NCBI GenBank assembly: GCA_045651525.1
Contig: JAZRSO010000031.1
Location: forward strand, 3,219-67,218
Length of the DNA: 64,000 nt
Source of the DNA: Candidatus Enterousia sp.
Lineage (GTDB): Bacteria; Pseudomonadota; Alphaproteobacteria; Rs-D84
Direction of reading: 5' to 3'
Made by a program: the position numbers and the translations under genes. Under the pieces are notes generated by a model that had not been told where the DNA came from, made no database searches, and was given only the letters and a program-made list of their open reading frames with translations. Of the stretch, positions 60,077 to 64,000 are shown piece by piece (position 1 is the first letter of the stretch; each line of letters begins with the position of its first letter).

Positions 60077-60543
60077 TTTTGTTTCTGTTCACTTTGATAT
60101 GATGTTAATTCAGAATACATCTCGCCATGTTTTAGGCACGACAAAGATATACGCGTTGGCGTTATCACGTTTTTAAGTTTTGCAACTTCATCCAATGTAA
60201 AATACCGCATTTCAACGCACTTGCCAGATTCACAGTTACGAATTACGCCTGTGTAACGTGATACCTCAAAATAAAAATCAAAACTTTCTGTGCGACTGGC
60301 CAGATTACTGGTCACATGAACCAGTTTAATATCATTTGGCGCAATATTAATATCCAGTTCTTCTTTTGCCTCGCGTATGGCGGCGGCACGCGCGGTTTCG
60401 CCCTGCTCTATATGTCCGGCTGGCAAAACCCACCAACCGCCATCATAATTAAAAAAGCCATCATTACGAAAGAACAATAATACTTTGTCATCTTGCTTGA
60501 TAATCAGGTTTATTACACCTTTGAACATTGCGCGTTGTGACAT
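60073..60543 (-). CDS. Nudix hydrolase
   Basis: Nudix box GHIEQGETARAAAIREAKEELDI. Confidence 0.8.
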   Translation of the reverse strand: MSQRAMFKGVINLIIKQDDKVLLFFRNDGFFNYDGGWWVLPAGHIEQGETARAAAIREAKEELDINIAPNDIKLVHVTSNLASRTESFDFYFEVSRYTGVIRNCESGKCVEMRYFTLDEVAKLKNVITPTRISLSCLKHGEMYSELTSYQSEQKQK

Positions 60544-60566
60544 TTTATACCCCCGTTTTACATGTG

Positions 60567-60836
60567 TTACCGGCCACTGATGCCATATACTATTTTAAAG
60601 TTCCAACGCTTTTTTCTGCGGACAGAAAAATGTGGTCTGTCGGAATCAATTACAAAAACTATTTTGCCAACCCAGATACGAATATATCGTGCATGAATTT
60701 TCTTAATCTTGGTGCGAACATGAGTGCGCATTTCAGTACCGTCGGTGTATTCAACCTCGACACTGCGACCAAAACCGTATTTGTTATTATCAAAATCCAA
60801 ACCGTATTCAACGAATATTTTTTTAACAGCTGGCAT
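60567..60836 (-). CDS. hypothetical 89-aa protein, first gene of the Nudix operon
   Basis: ORF only. Basic C-terminus and no recognisable motif. Confidence 0.4.
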   Translation of the reverse strand: MPAVKKIFVEYGLDFDNNKYGFGRSVEVEYTDGTEMRTHVRTKIKKIHARYIRIWVGKIVFVIDSDRPHFSVRRKKRWNFKIVYGISGR

Positions 60837-60949
60837 TTGCGCTCTCTTTTTTAAGATTGTATTTCACAAACATTTAAAAGTCTAGTTTTTTAAATTCCTT
60901 GCGACATATTTTTTTATGTGTTATTTTTTAGACCAAAGGCAACAAGACA

Positions 60950-62566
60950 ATGTTAATTGTAAAGAATCTTGATAAATCTTTTGATGGAAATGAAATATTT
61001 AAAAACCTGAACTTTTCTGTTCAAGACGGGGAAAAAGTTGCCGTTGTAGGTTTAAATGGCGCGGGGAAATCTACGTTATTCAGAATATTACTGAATCAAA
61101 TCGATTGCGATAACGGTGAATTTTATATGGGCAAAAATCCGCGTATTGGTTGGATGCCCCAGACAGTTGATGAACTGGATTTACCTGATGATGTTGTTGT
61201 GTATGACTTTCTGCGTTCTGGTCGTCCATTGGCAGACATTGAACAAAGAATGGCAGAAATTTATAACGAAATGGCCAATGGTAATGAATCCGAAGAGTTA
61301 TTGCAAAAATTAGGCGCATGTCAGTCTGAATACGAATACTGGGATGGATATTCTGCGGAATCTGAGCTTGACGCCATGATTGATAAAATGGGTATTGATC
61401 GTCAAAATCTGAACAAAAAACTGGGCGAACTGTCGGGCGGTCAGAAATCAAAAATATCTTTTATCAGAACCCTGTATACACGCCCAAGCATTTTATTCTT
61501 GGACGAACCGACAAACCACTTGGACGCAAGCAGTCGTGATTGGATGACAGAATATCTGATTGCAACAGACGCGTCTGTTGTCTTTATTTCGCACGACGAA
61601 GAATTTATATCCAAGGTCGCCGATAAAACACTGTATCTTGATACAATGACCCATACCGGCACACTGTATGGTTTTGGTTATCAACGCTTTTTGCGGACTT
61701 TGGCAGAAACAAACGAAAGTTTGGAAAAGCAGCTGCAAAAACAGATGCATGAGATAAATCGTATTCAGTCTTTTATCGATAAACAACGTGGCAAATCTGG
61801 AAAATTAGCAAAACAGGCACAAAGTCGCGAAAAATTACTGGAAAAGAAATTAAAAAATCTGGTCGCTGCACCACAAGAAAAAAAAGATATTGATTTAGAA
61901 CTGACACCTAATCGCGAAGAAGATGTTTTGCCAATCACTGTTGAAAAGTTAAACTTTGCATACACGCCAAATAAAAAAATTATCAAGAATCTGACTTTTT
62001 CTTTGAATCGCGGTGAAAAGTTTTTAATCGTTGGTGAAAATGGCGCAGGAAAATCAACATTATTAAAACTGATATATAATATTCTGACACCGTGTGACGG
62101 CGTTATTCGTATCGGCAAAAAGACTGATTTGGGTTACTATGCCCAGGAATACGAAACATTGAAGTCTGATATGAGCATCTTGGAAAACGCATCAAGTGCA
62201 ACGAATATCAGCACATCAAAGTTGCGTTCTGTATTAAATCATTTTAATTTCGTCGGTGACAAGGTAAACCAAACAGTAAAAACCATGTCGCCTGGGGAAC
62301 GCAGTCGTCTTGAACTGGCAAAACTGTGTTTAAGTGGTGCAAATGTTTTGTTACTGGACGAACCAACAAATCACTTGGACGTTGCGACCAAGAAAACAAT
62401 CGCAAAAAGTTTTTCAGAATATGGCGGCACATTGGTAATCGTCAGCCATGATTTAGAATTCTTGGAACATTTGGGCATAGACAGAATGCTGATGTTGCCC
62501 AGCGGTCGTTTACAGTTTTTTGATGAAAATATTGTCCGCAGATACATGGACCAAGAAAACAATTAA
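60950..62566 (+). CDS. ABC-F family ATPase (two NBDs, no TM)
   Basis: GLNGAGKST/LSGGQKSK/LFLDEPTNHLD and GENGAGKST/MSPGERSR/LLLDEPTNHLD, separated by a charged linker. Confidence 0.9.
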   Translation: MLIVKNLDKSFDGNEIFKNLNFSVQDGEKVAVVGLNGAGKSTLFRILLNQIDCDNGEFYMGKNPRIGWMPQTVDELDLPDDVVVYDFLRSGRPLADIEQRMAEIYNEMANGNESEELLQKLGACQSEYEYWDGYSAESELDAMIDKMGIDRQNLNKKLGELSGGQKSKISFIRTLYTRPSILFLDEPTNHLDASSRDWMTEYLIATDASVVFISHDEEFISKVADKTLYLDTMTHTGTLYGFGYQRFLRTLAETNESLEKQLQKQMHEINRIQSFIDKQRGKSGKLAKQAQSREKLLEKKLKNLVAAPQEKKDIDLELTPNREEDVLPITVEKLNFAYTPNKKIIKNLTFSLNRGEKFLIVGENGAGKSTLLKLIYNILTPCDGVIRIGKKTDLGYYAQEYETLKSDMSILENASSATNISTSKLRSVLNHFNFVGDKVNQTVKTMSPGERSRLELAKLCLSGANVLLLDEPTNHLDVATKKTIAKSFSEYGGTLVIVSHDLEFLEHLGIDRMLMLPSGRLQFFDENIVRRYMDQENN

Positions 62567-62610
62567 AAACCGCCCAAATGGGCGGTTTGTTTCGGACCAA
62601 AAGTTTTTCT

Positions 62611-63402
62611 TTAACGGCGACGGCCAGTTTGTGTCAACTTGTGTTCTACAACACGGGCAATATCAACAACTGTGCATTCACCACCACAAAAGTATGAAAA
62701 ACGTTCGTTGTAACCAGATGCAATAACTGGTTTACCGGCTGCGTCTGGGACGAATGTTTTTCCTGTACCGTCCACAAAGCCAATGCCAATGAACATTTTT
62801 GTGTGACCGGGAAAACGGACAACAGCACCCGCACCAATACGTTTAAAATCTTCAACCGTTGGGTTTTTAAAGATTGTGTTTGGCACACTGTCACTGGCGA
62901 AATAATTCAGCAAACAATCACCATTGTACAAGGCTTCACGACGACCTTTGTCTTTCGCAAATGGGCGTGCGGCAAAATTATTTTCACGGAACTTTAAACG
63001 ACGGGTCGCATCGACAATCGCTTCGGTAACACTTTTGTTACAATAGTTATAGTCCAAGCCAAACATTTTGCCAGGCGTCGCCAACCCACGATTAATAGAA
63101 TCAATGTCTAACGCAAGTTCTTTGGCGGCTGTTTCACCAAACAGTATTGCAATTTCTTTGTTGCTCATATTAGCCCAATCAACAGGTTTAAAGCTTGATG
63201 GGTTAAAATAGTCGCGCTTCAACGTACGGTTTGGACCCGTGTTACCAGCAACATACACAGCAGAATCTTGTTGTTCTGCAAATGTTTCGGACTTGTCACG
63301 ACTGCCGATTGCGAATGTCAACAAAAATGCAGCCAGACCAACGGTCGTATGTGTAAATGCTTTGGAAGACAGAATTTTTTTCCAATCAATTTTTTTTACC
63401 AT
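62611..63402 (-). CDS. membrane-anchored protein with a conserved Cys/His pair, possible papain-like (NlpC/P60- or amidase-type) hydrolase
   Basis: Start ATG 63402 (SD AAAAGGA). TM HTTVGLAAFLLTFAIG. Conserved with its neighbour: DYNYCNKSVTEAIVDATRRLKFR and PGHTKMFIGIGFVDGTGKTFVPDAAGKPVIAS. Confidence 0.6.
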   Translation of the reverse strand: MVKKIDWKKILSSKAFTHTTVGLAAFLLTFAIGSRDKSETFAEQQDSAVYVAGNTGPNRTLKRDYFNPSSFKPVDWANMSNKEIAILFGETAAKELALDIDSINRGLATPGKMFGLDYNYCNKSVTEAIVDATRRLKFRENNFAARPFAKDKGRREALYNGDCLLNYFASDSVPNTIFKNPTVEDFKRIGAGAVVRFPGHTKMFIGIGFVDGTGKTFVPDAAGKPVIASGYNERFSYFCGGECTVVDIARVVEHKLTQTGRRR

Positions 63403-63427
63403 TTTATTATCCTTTTCTTTATCTGGT

Positions 63428-64000
63428 TTAGCGTACATGACGTTGAACATCATTCTGCAGTTTATATTCTACGATTTTTGGAACATCGATAATTGTGCAG
63501 TTTGTCCAATCAAAATATCTAAACAACTGATCCGTATCATCAGACGCGATAACAGGACGCCCGCGTGAATCAGCTACAAATGTACGACCATCTTTATCGA
63601 TATAGCCAATACCCATGTACATATAGCAATGACGGCCACGACGGATAATGGATCCTGCACTGGCACTGGCAATTGATAAGGCGTTCGGTTTTCTGATAAT
63701 TGTATTCGGAACACTGTCCGCCTCAAAGAACCGTACCATGTGTTTTGCATTATGCATTGCGCGTTGGAAAGATTCTCTGGCATTACAGCGTTCAACAGAA
63801 AACGGCGCGACACTGGTGTTATCACGACGGAAACGCAGGCGTGATACCGCATCAGTGTATGCATTAACGACTGCTTCGGCGCAATAATCACGTTCTGCGC
63901 CAAACATCTGATCGGCTGTTGCGGAACCAGAATTCAATGAATCCATATCCATCGCATATTCTTTGGCGGCTGTTTTACCTAAGACCTCGCCAACACGCTG
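63428..64000 (-). CDS. paralog of 62611..63402, 5' end beyond the right edge
   Basis: ERDYCAEAVVNAYTDAVSRLRFR and GRHCYMYMGIGYIDKDGRTFVADSRGRPVIAS. The frame stays open to position 64000 (..VGEVLGKTAAKEYAMDMD aligns with ..ILFGETAAKELALDID of the paralog). Confidence 0.6.
   Translation of the reverse strand, partial: QRVGEVLGKTAAKEYAMDMDSLNSGSATADQMFGAERDYCAEAVVNAYTDAVSRLRFRRDNTSVAPFSVERCNARESFQRAMHNAKHMVRFFEADSVPNTIIRKPNALSIASASAGSIIRRGRHCYMYMGIGYIDKDGRTFVADSRGRPVIASDDTDQLFRYFDWTNCTIIDVPKIVEYKLQNDVQRHVR

Overview
This 64-kb window reads as a chromosomal segment of an AT-rich alphaproteobacterium with a compact genome, probably host-associated. The main evidence is a circularly permuted two-piece ssrA whose tag starts ANDN. 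The conserved backbone supports it: tgt/queA, era, tilS-ftsH, groESL, lpxD-fabZ, nusA-infB, trpS, ligA, obg, alaS, fabI. I call about 60 protein genes, one tRNA-Arg(ACG) and one tmRNA. I see no rRNA, CRISPR array, intact transposase or phage-type integrase; the only recombinase is XerC/XerD-type. Accessory material interrupts the backbone in five places. (1) Two AT-rich cassettes sit right after groEL and right after infB. Each has the same promoter, a roughly 240-nt hairpin-dense leader RNA ending in an intrinsic terminator, and a giant multidomain glycosyltransferase-type gene. The two leader copies differ by fully compensated base-pair changes in one long-range helix, and I cannot assign the leader to a known riboswitch class. 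This is my top candidate for something undescribed. (2) A tRNA-Arg hotspot carries decayed copies of the tRNA 3' end. It is followed by a (CAAA)25 tract between an SD-equipped ATG and the body of a Cys-rich secreted protein, which is the classic contingency-locus layout. (3) Between 45.7 and 49.2 kb, two GC-rich palindromic repeat families bracket two Cys-rich secreted proteins. The larger gene has a leader with (CT)10 and a terminator hairpin, and a protein of four tandem HTH modules lies next door. (4) A translationally coupled operon encodes Nudix, a GreA-like factor, Nudix-ASCH and a HAD nucleotidase. (5) There are tandem paralog families: four small envelope proteins at 2.9-4.7 kb and two Cys/His hydrolase-like proteins at 62.6-64 kb. 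All function calls come from motifs read by eye in the supplied translations. No database search or computation was run.
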